Positions 13,084 through 25,301 of a DNA stretch of 64,000 nt are shown here, in pieces. The DNA is taken from positions 248,001-312,000 of the forward strand of contig JALMLS010000179.1 of NCBI GenBank assembly GCA_038496445.1, given 5' to 3'. Below the pieces are notes generated by a model that saw only the letters and a program-made list of their open reading frames with translations, was not told the DNA's origin and did no database searches. The stretch comes from Trichosphaerium sp. ATCC 40318. Taxonomy: Eukaryota > Protista > Tubulinea. Made by a program: the position numbers and the translations under genes. Every line of letters starts with the position of its first letter. Within the stretch, counting starts at the first letter, position 1.

Positions 13084-13518
13084 CTACCAACGTTTTGTGA
13101 TAAGATACAATATGTGCGTTGAAGCAATATCTTTATTCATACTATTTATGAGTAAAGTAATTGTAGGAGAGGGCGTATTGGTTTCTATTTTTACTGTACC
13201 AGTTTTATAGTCTCTCTTTTCCATCATCTTCCACACTGCATTAGCAATTGCCCATGGAAATACCATCATATTGCGAGCGGGTGTATGTCCTCCCACCTTC
13301 TCTACAACCTTTGGATCATCTGGATCCACTTTTGCAGCTGCACATCTGGTTTTAAATAGTGCTACTTCATTTTCGTAGTCCTTTTTCCCTGGATAATCTC
13401 CTTTCAAACATTCGTGGAATATTGTTGCCAACTTCTTAAATTCGCCTTTGTGCTTAAACAGGTGTCCTTGGTATGCTGGCCTTGTATAGTACTTCTTTGT
13501 TGGGTCTACTTTAGCCAT
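13084..13518 (-). CDS. Orphan basic hypothetical protein (144 aa)
   Basis: ATG-initiated ORF with protein-like composition; no family recognised. Confidence 0.55.
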   Translation of the reverse strand: MAKVDPTKKYYTRPAYQGHLFKHKGEFKKLATIFHECLKGDYPGKKDYENEVALFKTRCAAAKVDPDDPKVVEKVGGHTPARNMMVFPWAIANAVWKMMEKRDYKTGTVKIETNTPSPTITLLINSMNKDIASTHILYLITKRW

Positions 13519-13788
13519 GAGGAGCTGTTGTGTATCGTGTTGGGTATTTACAATTAATGAATGTAATGATTGAAATGAAAATGGTTGGGGTCTGATTGGT
13601 TTTCATTTTTATTGTTGTTCTTAGATTGAGTTTAATCACTTTTACCATTTAGGTAGATGTTAGTCATGGAAACATTAGTTACCACTCAATAACAACTCTT
13701 TGTAATAGCGTCATTTTGTGAAAAAGAAGTGATTTCTGATTGAAACGTATGCTTGCCACTAGATTGGTTTCCATTTTTCAAGTAGACG

Positions 13789-14602
13789 TCAATCTCAGAT
13801 AGGAGGCGGATCAGTTTCTATTTTTTATGGCAATATATTCAATCACTTGGCACTCGAGGTGCCGTAGAACATTGATTGATGACTAATATCCCTTGAGTGT
13901 GTCCCTAATATCACACACTAGTTTAGTTTAATTACTTTTTATTAATGCTATCAATCTCAGGTAGGGGTTGCATTGGATTTCGTTTTATCCATAGTTTCAA
14001 TCACTTGGCACTTGAGGTGCCGTAATACATTGATTGATGACCAATATCCCTTTGAATGCGTCCCTGTGATTACACAGTAGTTACTACTAGACACTGTTAT
14101 CAGGTAGGGGTTGTATTGGATTTCGTTTTATCCATAGTTTCAATCACTTGGCACTCGAGGTGCCGTAATACATTGATTGGTGACCAATATCCCTTGAGTG
14201 TGTCCCTAATATCACACACTACTTCACCATAGTCATCAATCTCAGATAGGAGGCGGATTAGTTTCTATTTTTATGGCAATATATTCAATCACTTGGCTGA
14301 GGTGCTTGTAATACCTAATGACCAATATCCCTTTGAATGCGTCCCTGTGATTACACACTAGTTACTACTAGACACTGTTATCAGGTAGGGCTTGTATTGG
14401 ATTTCATTTTATCCATGGTTTCAAACACTTGGCACTCGAGGTGCCGTAGTACATTGATTGATGATTAATATCCCTCATGTGTGTCCCTGTGATTACACAG
14501 TAGTTGCTATTAGACACAACCTTGCTCTGGTAGCAAGGTTTGGCGTTTAATTACTTCACCATAGTCATCAATCTCAGATAGGGGGTAGATCAGTTTCCAT
14601 TT
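13789..14602. repeat. Tandem array of about 135-185-bp hairpin-rich units (5 full, 1 partial)
   Basis: Units start near 13789, 13951, 14100, 14236, 14381 and 14568. Shared core TCAATCACTTGGCACTCGAGGTGCCGTA..CATTGATTGATGA..AATATCCC (degenerate in unit 4). Confidence 0.95.
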
Positions 14603-14603
14603 A

Positions 14604-15297
14604 GGAGATGCATAGGTTTCTGGAAGGTTCCGGAAATTCCCGTTTTTCCGGAAATTCTGCTTGTTCTGCAAATTCTACAAGAATATTTCCAGAAGAAAGT
14701 TCCACAAGAATATTTCCATTGGAAGGTTCATTTAATTGTATTTTTAGAGAGTTCACATAATGACTGAAGTGGCTTATTACACTCACCAAACCGAAAAAAT
14801 TAAATCATATTTACTTTATTTCTTTACAATGGCTTTGCCTTATTCCTCGATTTTTAACAAAGCTTATACCTCGAGTCTGTTCTGTGGTAGGGGTGAGTTC
14901 TTTCTTACTCCTAGGTACTTCAGCTATGAATATTGCGTGTAAGGTGCAGTTTTTACAAAATTTTAGTACCAAACACACGTACGATGTCAATATTGTTGGT
15001 ACTAGTGTTGTTAAGTGCTAGCGAATGAGCCATAGTGTAGGAGTATCACTTAGACATGCTGTCTTGCGAACAGCACAGTGAGCGACTGAAAAACTTAAGT
15101 ACATGTGATTGTTTACTAGTCCACAGTGCTCTAAAAACATGTTCTCAAAAAATATTGTGAATCCATACCAGAATTTCCAGAAGGTGCTGTTCTACCAGAA
15201 TTTCCAGAAGGTTCTGGAAGTTTCCAGAAATTCCACATCTTCCAGAATTTCCCGTAATTCCCGATTTCCAGAAGTTTCCGGAAACCTATGCATCTCC
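14604..15297. mobile_element. Non-autonomous TIR element (MITE, possibly hAT-derived)
   Basis: Perfect 17-bp TIR GGAGATGCATAGGTTTC (14604-14620) / GAAACCTATGCATCTCC (15281-15297), extending to about 33 bp with 4 mismatches. Many TTCC(A/G)GAA subterminal motifs. No TSD seen. Confidence 0.8.
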
Positions 15298-15345
15298 AAA
15301 GAGTAAACCAAGAAACTTGTTCAGAAAAAAAAACTCTCGGTACTT

Positions 15346-17304
15346 TTATTGTGCTATGAAATCAGTAAAGCTCTGGTTTTTTGTTTCCTTACGGTACTCA
15401 AATATAAGGCTATAAAGTTTACCAACTGTCATATCTTTCGCTACTATACTATTCAAAAAATTCCTCAACATTTTTCTTTCATTTTCTTTCTTAAAAGTAG
15501 AGTAATCTAGTTTTACTTTAGCTGCTGTTGCTGCCATGATTTGTTGAGCGAATTTAAGGAATTTATCGCCACCTATTTAATTCATTAACAAAAAATGAAC
15601 TCAAAGAGCATGTCAAGAAAAAAAGAGGAAAGTACGACCGTACCAAAGGCTCCACAACCCCAATGTCCGGTAGATATTGTTTTGCCTTCAAACGGCAAGA
15701 ATGACAGATAAGCCTTTCCAAGATCCCTATCTACCATGTATTCACTCCATTGGTTATACATTGTGGCATCTACAGCTATAACATCAAATATAGAATCTTG
15801 ACCTGGAGGTGACTTGTAGAAACCTAAAACAAAAGTTTAGATAGTTTTGTTTTCGTTTACTGATTGTTTAGCTGTTATTTACCTGTGTATTTAAAGCTGT
15901 ACAGATATCCTGAGTATTCAGAATAACGCTTGCAGTTGTGTATCGTTATTACTTCATTATCTTCCAATTGTTCGCAGAAGAGCATGCCTTGGAACATGAT
16001 GTTATTACAACCAAAGTGCATAAATTAGTACAAACCTGGGAAGCATTCTGGAGCGCAACTAAATAGCACCTCTTCTTGTGTAAGTGAAGGTATTATATGA
16101 CCAATGTGTAGAATCTTGTTAGCAAAATCAACAAATACTTTTGAAGGTGTATCTTCCATCCTAAAGAAAAAACAAGATAAGGACATGCATTCAGGTGCGA
16201 GAAAGACGAGAGCTCTTTTATCAATTCTTTAAGAGTAGGCAAAAGCAAGATGATGTTCAAATCTTGTTTCACGAGGTTGTTTGTGACTCGTAGAAAAAAC
16301 CAATTTACGAAATGGTCAAAAGGGAAAAAGGCTTCGAACATTACGATTTTGTACCTTTCCACATGTACATTTACAGTGTCTGCTCGAATTGCTGTATCAT
16401 CTGCTTCCCACTTTATTTCATCATTCAATACATGCCGTTTAAATACAACCAATCGTTCAGTGTCAATATCCTTTGCTTTCCTTTTATAACACAAAAATTA
16501 AAAAAACCCCCAGAAGCACGTGTGATTTTTATGTTAAAATATTGTTCGAGTTTGTGGTTTTGACACTCGCATTATCTAGCTAGTAATGTATATTCACATA
16601 CCATAAATAAGCCAACTGACATAGTGTTCTCTCAACTCCAAGGTCACTATTATTGTACACAGAGAAGAAGTTGACCTCACCAAAAATACGTCCTTCAAGG
16701 TACCCAACACTGCGTAGGTTACAAAAGAAACCGTTTGCTAAAATGTAACGTATTTCCTTCGCAGTAAACGCTAGAGAACCAGTCTCGCCAGCAGCCTAAA
16801 GAACAAAGCTGTTAGCCACAAGAAGGCGTCGAGATGACCGTTTTAGAAATAAGAAAATGTTGACACTTGACGTGGAGAATGGGGACGCACGAGAAGAGGT
16901 AATGTATCAGCAGTACATTCAAAGCACCAAGAAATGATATTCGGTAAAAGATCTGTGTAAAAGCTCCAACCAACTGTTTCTTCCTGCATACGTTCTTCAA
17001 AGTTTGTAATGGCTATTCTTAACCCATATAGTTCTGTCCGTTTGTTTAAAGGTAAACCACAGAAGTTTAGTATCGCTGTAGTTAAAGAATCAAAGTCTGT
17101 AATGGCCTTGAGTATTTCTTTTGTTTTAGAGCGTTGTTTTATGAAAATATTTAAGGACGGTGTTGTAGTCTCGTTTATATCGATTTTACGCCATGAGAAG
17201 TCATTAGGAGCTTTTTCAGTTTGTTTTAAACCCTTTGTTCTTGTTTCGCTTAAATGTGTTTCTCTGTTATTCGTTGTAGATTCTTTGTGTTCTCTAGGTT
17301 CCAT
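15346..17304 (-). CDS. PARG: Poly(ADP-ribose) glycohydrolase-like protein
   Basis: VDFANKILHIGHIIPSLTQEEVLFSCAPE, ISTGHWGCGAFG/GDKFLKFAQQIMAA and MTVGKLY across spliced exons. Confidence 0.85.
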
Positions 17305-17691
17305 TGTTGCTTTTATTGTTTGGTAGAGTGAATATGTGAATTGACAACTCGAAAATTCGCAAATTTTGGTTTACGTAATAACAGCTCATTTTCTTTTCGA
17401 GTTATTTTGCAATAACATCCTAATATCTCACTAGAGCTTTATTAAAAACTGGTGCTGCTTATGTGCCCACTATCATCAACAGTGATTACAAGTTACGTGA
17501 ATTTACTAGAATAAAACGGTTGGTTGAAAATCGGAAAAGTACTTTGATAAAGCTTTACAGCGCGTGCTGTTATAGTTATAATAAACGTATGTATTTAATC
17601 TGTTATAACACTGTAGTAGTGCACTACTAAATACTTACATAATACGGAATTATCGACTCTATAAAAACAGTACGTTTTCCACTTTTTTTTG

Positions 17692-19363
17692 CTATTTTTT
17701 CATTAAAATTCCTTTGTAAGAGATCAATAAATCTCCCTTTACTTTTTCGTCACGGTACTTTTCCATTTTCTCTATAAAGTTTGCATAAGCAATAGGTAAA
17801 GATTACAACATTAAGAGCCTAAATCCCATAGCATTTTCGCTCATTTAAAGCAAGATTTACGTACGCAACCCGAACACCTTATGGCGGACTTGTGTGTCTA
17901 CTCTTACTTCTGGCAAGTCAATATCTATGCAACCCATAAACTCGTCTTTTCTATAGACCAGTCAATAATGTACTCTATTATATGGTGCTAGTGACTTACC
18001 CAATTTTGTCCTTGTCAAAAACTTGAATATTTACTTTTGCTTTTCCTTTTATTCTCTTTGTAATCTCATAGTTCCACTCTGGGTGTAGTGTTTTTTTATC
18101 AACTGGGCTCTTCATTCCTGGGTAAGGTTCTACTTTAACTATACAATAAGGATCACTCTTTCCATTAAGGTCCTTTACAGCTAAGTCTATGCCTTTATGC
18201 ACTAATACGAATGAATAAAAAATAGCCATCGTAATTGTTCTAGTACCAGTTATAACGAGGCCTGTTGCTACTGGAACCTCAGCTTCTGTTTCAACTTCTT
18301 CTTCAACAATTTCTACAAACAACTAAGCATGAAAAACGCCAAAATGCAAAAGAAATCTCACCTTGTTTTGTTAAATCAAATTTAGGATTTTCTCCACCTG
18401 AGATATGCCAGGATTTAACAGAACCTGACTCGCTTGCTAGCTGTCTAAGTGGTTCTATAGCACCCTCAAAATTATTACCTAAAAAACCTGTCAAGTACAT
18501 ACAATAAGACGAAAAACCAAGTACCTTTTAAAGGCGATTCACTTCTTGGTATCATATTCATAAGCCATTTTCCTTTTATTGCCTCGTGCTTATGAAACAC
18601 TGCAAAAGCTTTCGTTGGTTTTTCCTTTAGGAATGTGATAGGTATAGAGCAAAGCACTATTAATGAAAATTATTATTAGGTTGACACGCATGTCATTAAA
18701 TAAACCAACCAAGAATTTTCCGAAAATAAATTCTGACAAAGCAAGTGTTGTATCTTGGTTCGGGTACCTTTATTAGTACTGTCGCGCATGTAAAATGATG
18801 CGTTACCGCATACAGTTGCTTCTGAATTATAGTATGACGCAGTAAAACCAACAGCAACAACAGACCGGTCAAGTTTAGGCAGATTTACTTCAATGCGCTC
18901 TTCAGCGTGCTTGGACAATGATTTATCGACCCCTTTGATGGTTCTCACATCGCCTATGGGCTTTGTGAGCATTAAAAGATTTACGGAATAATTTGCGGTT
19001 AAACGCGCAATTACGCGTATTTAAGGCATAAAAAACTCGTTGGAGTTGATAATACGAATAAAGAATGTCATCATACCCGAATGCTTCATCGCACCATCTT
19101 TACTATTCAGCGCGTTAAAATACACAACGTCGACTACTGAGCCATCCTTATTAGACCGTTAGGGCTACCCGAAAACATTATTGTCTTTTTACCTTTGCGT
19201 AGCTTATAGCCGCTAAATCCAAGTCTGCTGGAGGTTTAGATGACCTTGTGGACTTCATCCAGTGTAGAACGACTGTAAGTGTTGCGTCTTCTTTAACTGA
19301 ATCCATATCCGGGTACTGGACCTTCTTACGGTGCAAATTTTCATTAAAATCAATCGTTGCCAT
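17692..19363 (-). CDS. TerD-domain + C2-domain protein
   Basis: LTVVLHW..DLDLAAI, VVYFNALNSKDGAMKHSG and EERIEVNL (TerD); DLNGKSDPYC, LHPEWN and VFDKDKIG/KDEFMG (C2). Confidence 0.8.
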
Positions 19364-19444
19364 AGGCTGGTTAGCTTCACGCGAAGATTATAATATTTTT
19401 GACTTTTTTTCCCGAACGTCTTGTTACTTTCCCCATTGCCCAAA

Positions 19445-21793
19445 ATGAATAGTGTCTTGCTGTTAACGCTTCTGACGCTTACAACTTTCGCCTATGCGGT
19501 ACGAACACTTAAACAGAGACTTTCTAATGGTTTTTGAGGCGCTGTTTTCAAACGCTCTTGGTGATCACATGGTGTTACAGAGAGCTCCTCAAAGAGCGAG
19601 TGTATGGGGCTTTTCTCGTCCTGGTGACATAGTAAGTCATTTATTCATCTTGCTAAATAACTAATACCGTTAAACAAAGATTACAGTCACTTTCAACAAC
19701 AAAAAATACCAGGCATCTTCTGGTTCAATTGTACGCTTCGTTTCTCGTCTTTTAGCGCCATACGGACGCACGTGATTTACTTTGTTTTATAAGGGAGTTT
19801 GGCAACTCTACCTTGATCCTACACCTGCCGGTGGTCCATACACGTATGTTAAAACCAAAGATATTTCCTTACACATTTCTTCGATTGACTAAAAACGCAG
19901 GATTGAAGCTACCTCAACCTTTGGGCTTGCAGAAACCCTGTCTGTACGTAATTATTGCGTATAAAAGTCTTACCTCCAAAAGGATGTTCTATTTGGTGAC
20001 GTTTATGTTTGTGGCGGGCAAAGGCACGTGGTAGCGAAAAAAAGCGTTTCGACACTAATACTTGGCCTAGTAATATGCAATTCACTGTCGACCAAGCTTT
20101 CAACAACACAAAAGAAGTTGCGGCTGCGAATGATTTCCCAGATATACGTGTAATGACAGTAGGACAATCTACATACTCTTCAATTGTAAGCTAAGATACG
20201 CCGCTGATTATTGTGTTGCCGCTCTTTTCTAACTTCAACAACTGTAGCCTTTACAAGAGTTCAAAAAAGTTGATCATCCATGGATTCCTGCAAGTAGTCA
20301 ATCTATTGGCGTTGGAAACTGGTCTTCATTTAGTGCTGTATGTTGGTTTTTTGGAAGAGACTTATACAATCACCTTGATGGTAAGGTGCCTATTGGACTT
20401 GTACGTAAAACCGTCTACACATGACATCAGCTTTTTATCTTACATTGTTTTGCTTATTTAGTTGAGTGATAACTGGGGTGGTACACCAGTACAGGTACGA
20501 TAAAGCATGTTGCTACGTTATATTGACATTGTACTATGTAGGCTTGGAGCTCTCCGGACGCATCGAAAGTATGCAATCTCACTTTAACAGCACGCGCTGG
20601 TAATCAAAATGATCCTAATGTACTATGGAACGCAATGATAGTACCAATACTAGATGTACAATACCTTCTTGCTTTTGGGCTTATTACTCAAACTGATTTT
20701 TTTTTGTAGATGACAATAAAAGGTGCTCTTTGGTATCAAGGAGAAGCAAACAGTTATCAACCTGTACCCGTCTTTATTGAATAATCTAACTATTTACTCA
20801 ATCGTTTTAGGATTACTACGCTTGCGCTTTTCCTGAAATGATAAAAGACTGGAGATCAAAGTGGAGTACGTCGCTTTCTTTTGCAAGGGAGTTGGTTACC
20901 TAAATGATTTTTTCTCAAGATAGTGAAACTGATCCATTGTTCCCATTCTTTTTCGTTCAACTGGCTCCTTGGCTTGATGCAAATGTTGTAAATGAACCTG
21001 AATTGCGCGGATCTCAACTTGAAGCATGCGAATACCAAAACGTCGGGTATGTGATAGTACTGCTGGCTTTTCAAACTAATTGTTTATGTAGGTTTGCTGT
21101 GTCTGCTGACTTGGGAGATCCAACATCTCCTTTCGGTTCCATTCATCCAAGAGATAAACAACCTGTTGGTCAAAGACTTTTGAAAAACGCTCAAGCATTC
21201 GCTTATGGTGAAAAAGATGTTCAATACTTGGGACCATGGGCAAAAGATTGGTCAACTGTTTCAGTACGCTGTTCCCTCTCATCATTATTGCATAACACGG
21301 CAAATTAATGTATTCAACAAGGCTGGACCCAAAAGTGCTACAGCACGTATATCATTCTATGCTGATTCAATTGGAAGTGGACTTACTTTCAAGGCTAAAA
21401 CGTGCCTTGACAAAGTACCTGCCAAAGAATGTTCAGGTTTCAAACTTCAATCAAAGAGTGGTAAATGGTATGCCTTCAATTAAGACTGTTTGCTGCAATT
21501 GTACCGAAGCTAAAGAAACGCAAAAATTGTTAATTGTTTCTGATAGGTTTCAAGCAACAGCTACAATTGTAGGGAATGATGTTGAAGTGATTGCAAATCT
21601 AGATGTTCCTGGTATAAATGCAACAAGCTATGGATGGAATAATTATCCTCTCATGACTCTATGGAACGCTGTAAGCTATCTTTTTTGATAATAGTTTCTA
21701 ATGCTGACACACTCTTAAAACTAGGATGGCTTACCTGCAACGCCTTTCTTTTTCCCAAACCCTTATCCTGTAAACAGACCATCTACAGAATAA
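19445..21793 (+). CDS. SIAE: Sialate O-acetylesterase (SGNH/SASA), copy 1, 16 introns
   Basis: Signal peptide, [52 protein letters not shown]. Confidence 0.92.
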
Positions 21794-21923
21794 ATTATCA
21801 CATACATGTTTCTTAAGTTGATCGTAAGGTTTAGGTTGTTACATTCGCTGGTCGAGCATCCTTTCAAATCCCGTGGATTTTGAATGACTTTGTTGTCAAG
21901 TTGCTTTTCCGTATCATACCCAA

Positions 21924-24253
21924 ATGAATAGTGTCTTGCTGTTAACGCTTCTGACGCTTACAACTTTCGCCTATGCGGTACGAACACTTAAACAGAGACT
22001 TTCTAATGGTTTTTGAGGCGCTGTTTTCAAACGCTCTTGGTGATCACATGGTGTTACAGAGAGCTCCTCAAAGAGCAAGTGTATGGGGTTTCTCTCATCC
22101 TGGCGACATAGTAAGTCATTTATTCATCACTAAACACAACTAATGCCGTTACGCAAAGATTACAGTCACTTTCAACAACAAAAAATACCAGGCATCTTCT
22201 GGTTCAATTGTACGCTTCGTTTTTACCTCTTTTTGCGCACGTGATTATTTTTAACAGTTTTTAAGGGAGTTTGGCAACTCTACCTTGATCCTACACCTGC
22301 CGGTGGTCCATACACGTACGACATTGTACATGAGAGTTTTCCTCATACATTTCCTCAGGATTGAAGCTTCCTCAAGCCTTGGAAGTCAAATACTATCTGT
22401 GCGTTGTTTTAATAACTGTAAAAGTAGCTTACAGCTTAAAGGATGTTCTATTTGGTGACGTGTATGTTTGTGGAGGGCAAAGGCACGTGATAGCGGAAAA
22501 ACTTGTCGCCTTTTAACACTTGGCCTAGTAATATGGTATTTACTGTTGACCAAGCGTTCAACAATACAAAAGAAGTGGCAGCTGCCAATGATTATCCGAA
22601 TATACGTGTAATGACAGTAGGCGAGTCTACAACTTCTGTAACTGTATGTTATTACGTACCAGCTTAGAAGGTGTTAGTTAACAAAAACTGTTATAGCCTT
22701 TACAAGAGTTTAAAAAGATTGCACAGCCGTGGATTCCTGCAAGTAGTCAATCCATTGGCGTTGGAAACTGGAGCGAATTTAGTGCTGTGTGTTGGTTTTT
22801 TGGAAGAGACTTATACAATCACCTTGATGGTAAGGTGCCTATTGGACTTGTACGTAAACCGTCTACACATGACATCAGCTTTTTATCTTACATTGTTTTG
22901 CTTATTTAGTTGAGTGATAACTGGGGTGGTACACCAGTACAGGTGCGGTAAAGTACGCGTGGCTATATTGACGTTGTCCTATTTAGGCTTGGAGCTCTCC
23001 GGATGCAACAAAAGTATGCAATGGGACGGACAGTGTTGGTGGTCCACATGATATTCATGTTTTGTGGAACGCAATGATAGTACCAATACTAGATGTACGA
23101 ACCTTCTTGCTTTCGGTCTTATTACTTAAACTGATTTTTTAGATGACAATAAAAGGTGCTCTTTGGTATCAAGGAGAAGCAAACAGTTACCAACCTGTAC
23201 CCGTCTTTATTGAATAATCTAAGTATTTACTTCAATCGTTTTAGGATTACTACGCTTGCGCTTTTCCTGAGATGATAAAAGACTGGAGATCAAAGTGGAG
23301 TACGTCATGTTTTGACATAAAATAGTGCTTATTGTTTTTCTTTTTGACGTTGTATAATTGTTTGTGCGTTTAGACAGTGAAACTGATCCATCATTCCCAT
23401 TCTTTTTCGTTCAATTGGCTCCTTGGCTCAACGGCAATGTTTTCAGTGAGGCTGAATTACGTGCATCTCAACTCAAAGCATGCGAATACCAAAACGTTGG
23501 GCGCGTGATGATAGAACAGCTGGGGTTTTTTCTTCTGTTAACTTTTAAATTTAGGTTTGCTGTGGCTGCTGACTTGGGCGATCCAACATCTCCTTTCGGT
23601 TCTATTCATCCAAGAGATAAACAACCTGTTGGTCAAAGACTCTTGAAGAACGTTCAAGCTATTGTATACGGTGAAAAAGATGTTCAATACTTGGGACCAT
23701 GGGCAAAAGATTGGTCAACTGTTTCAGTACGTGTTCCCTTATTATTGCATAAACCAGCAAATTAATGTATTAAACAAGGCTGGACCCAAAAGTGCTACAG
23801 CACGTATATCATTCTATGCTGATTCAATTGGAAGTGGACTTACTTTCAAGGCTAAAACGTGTCTTGACAAAGTACCTGCCAAAGAATGTTCAGGTTTCTT
23901 ACTTCAATCAAAGAGTGGTAAATGGTATGCCTTCAATTAAGACTGTTTGTTGCAATGAAACTGAAGCTAAAAGAAACGCAAAAATTGTTAATTGTTTATG
24001 ATAGGTTTCAAGCAACAGCTACAATTGTAGGCACTGATGTTGAAGTGATTGCAAATCTAGATGTACCTGGTATAAACGCAACAAGTTATGGATGGAATAA
24101 TTATCCTCTCATGACTCTATGGAACGCTGTACGTAGTCTATTTAAATCAGTTTCCTAACGCTAACTGACTTGACTTCAAAATAGGATGGCTTACCTGCAA
24201 CGCCTTTCTTTTTTCCAAACCCTTATCCTGTAAACAGACCATCAACAGAATAA
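21924..24253 (+). CDS. SIAE: Sialate O-acetylesterase, tandem copy 2
   Basis: Same motifs and exon structure as 19445-21793. Confidence 0.92.
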
Positions 24254-24440
24254 ATTCTATCGCCCTTAGACACAACTCACTCAATGCATCGTCTTACTGT
24301 CACAAATAGTGTCCAATGTTCATCCATTCTTTGGATGGTCAACGTTAGTAAACAGCAAAACCATTGCCGTTTCCACAACGATGAGCTGCTGTACTCCTGT
24401 AAAGCGTATAATTAACAATCCTGCGATTACATGTAATAAG

Positions 24441-25301
24441 ATGGAAGCGTTACCTCTAGAGATTTTATGTGCCCTTTTAACTTTTTTAAAGCACGATTTT
24501 GATAAATGCGCTGTGGCGCAGACATGCTCTCTGTTCGCTCACGTGATACACCAATTTATAGGATACAACAAAGTCTATGTTTCACAATTGACAGCACCGC
24601 TTATATCTAAATACAAGGGCGTACTTAGAAAATCAAGGATACATTTGTACTCTGTGTCAGATGTGCGCTGGTTTAGTGGTGCACGTTATGTCTATTTTAA
24701 GCAATCTTTGGTGGTCGGAGGTGAGATGTCATATTTATCCGGTGTTCACACTATTGGACTTAAAGGTTGCGATGTATCTAAAGCTGATATGAATCATCTT
24801 GTTGGTGTACATACGATTGATTTAAGTAGAAGTATAATAACAGATAGTGGCTTACAAGCACTAGCAGGTGTTCATAAAATTGACCTGCGATTAACAACAG
24901 TCTCAGATGAAGGTATCAAGGCTCTCAGAGGCGTACATAGTATAAATCTCGGGTGTACAGGTGTTACAGATGAAGGTATAAAGGAACTAGCAGGCGTTCA
25001 TATGATAAATCTTTGGAGCTGTCAAAAGATAACGGACAAAGGAGTCAAGGCTTTGAGAGGTGTTCATACCATTAATCTTGGATGCACGAATACAACAGAT
25101 GAAGGTGTTATTGAACTAGCTGGTGTACATACAATTGATCTTTCAAGGTGTAATGTAACTGACAGAGGTATTGCTGCTCTAGCTGGAGTACATACTATCA
25201 ATCTTAAATGTTGCTATGGAGTAACAGAAAAGGGTATTAAGGCTATTCAGGGAGTTCACAACATAAATCTTACTCATTGTTTTGGTGTAACCAAATTTTA
25301 A
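24441..25301 (+). CDS. F-box-like/leucine-rich repeat protein
   Basis: MEALPLEILCALL followed by about nine 22-aa repeats GVHTI(D/N)L.C..VTD.GI.AL; intronless. Confidence 0.85.
   Translation: MEALPLEILCALLTFLKHDFDKCAVAQTCSLFAHVIHQFIGYNKVYVSQLTAPLISKYKGVLRKSRIHLYSVSDVRWFSGARYVYFKQSLVVGGEMSYLSGVHTIGLKGCDVSKADMNHLVGVHTIDLSRSIITDSGLQALAGVHKIDLRLTTVSDEGIKALRGVHSINLGCTGVTDEGIKELAGVHMINLWSCQKITDKGVKALRGVHTINLGCTNTTDEGVIELAGVHTIDLSRCNVTDRGIAALAGVHTINLKCCYGVTEKGIKAIQGVHNINLTHCFGVTKF

Noticed and set aside
13789-14602. Array as CRISPR, TIGR, C/D snoRNA cluster or hammerhead tandem
   Set aside because: Variable parts recur instead of being unique spacers; no cas or Nop-domain gene recognised; TGATGA and CTGA boxes are not consistently paired in each unit; no CUGANGA..GAAA core.
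15346-15537. 63-aa ORF as a separate gene
   Set aside because: It is the last PARG exon (GAFG/GDKFLKFAQQIMAA).
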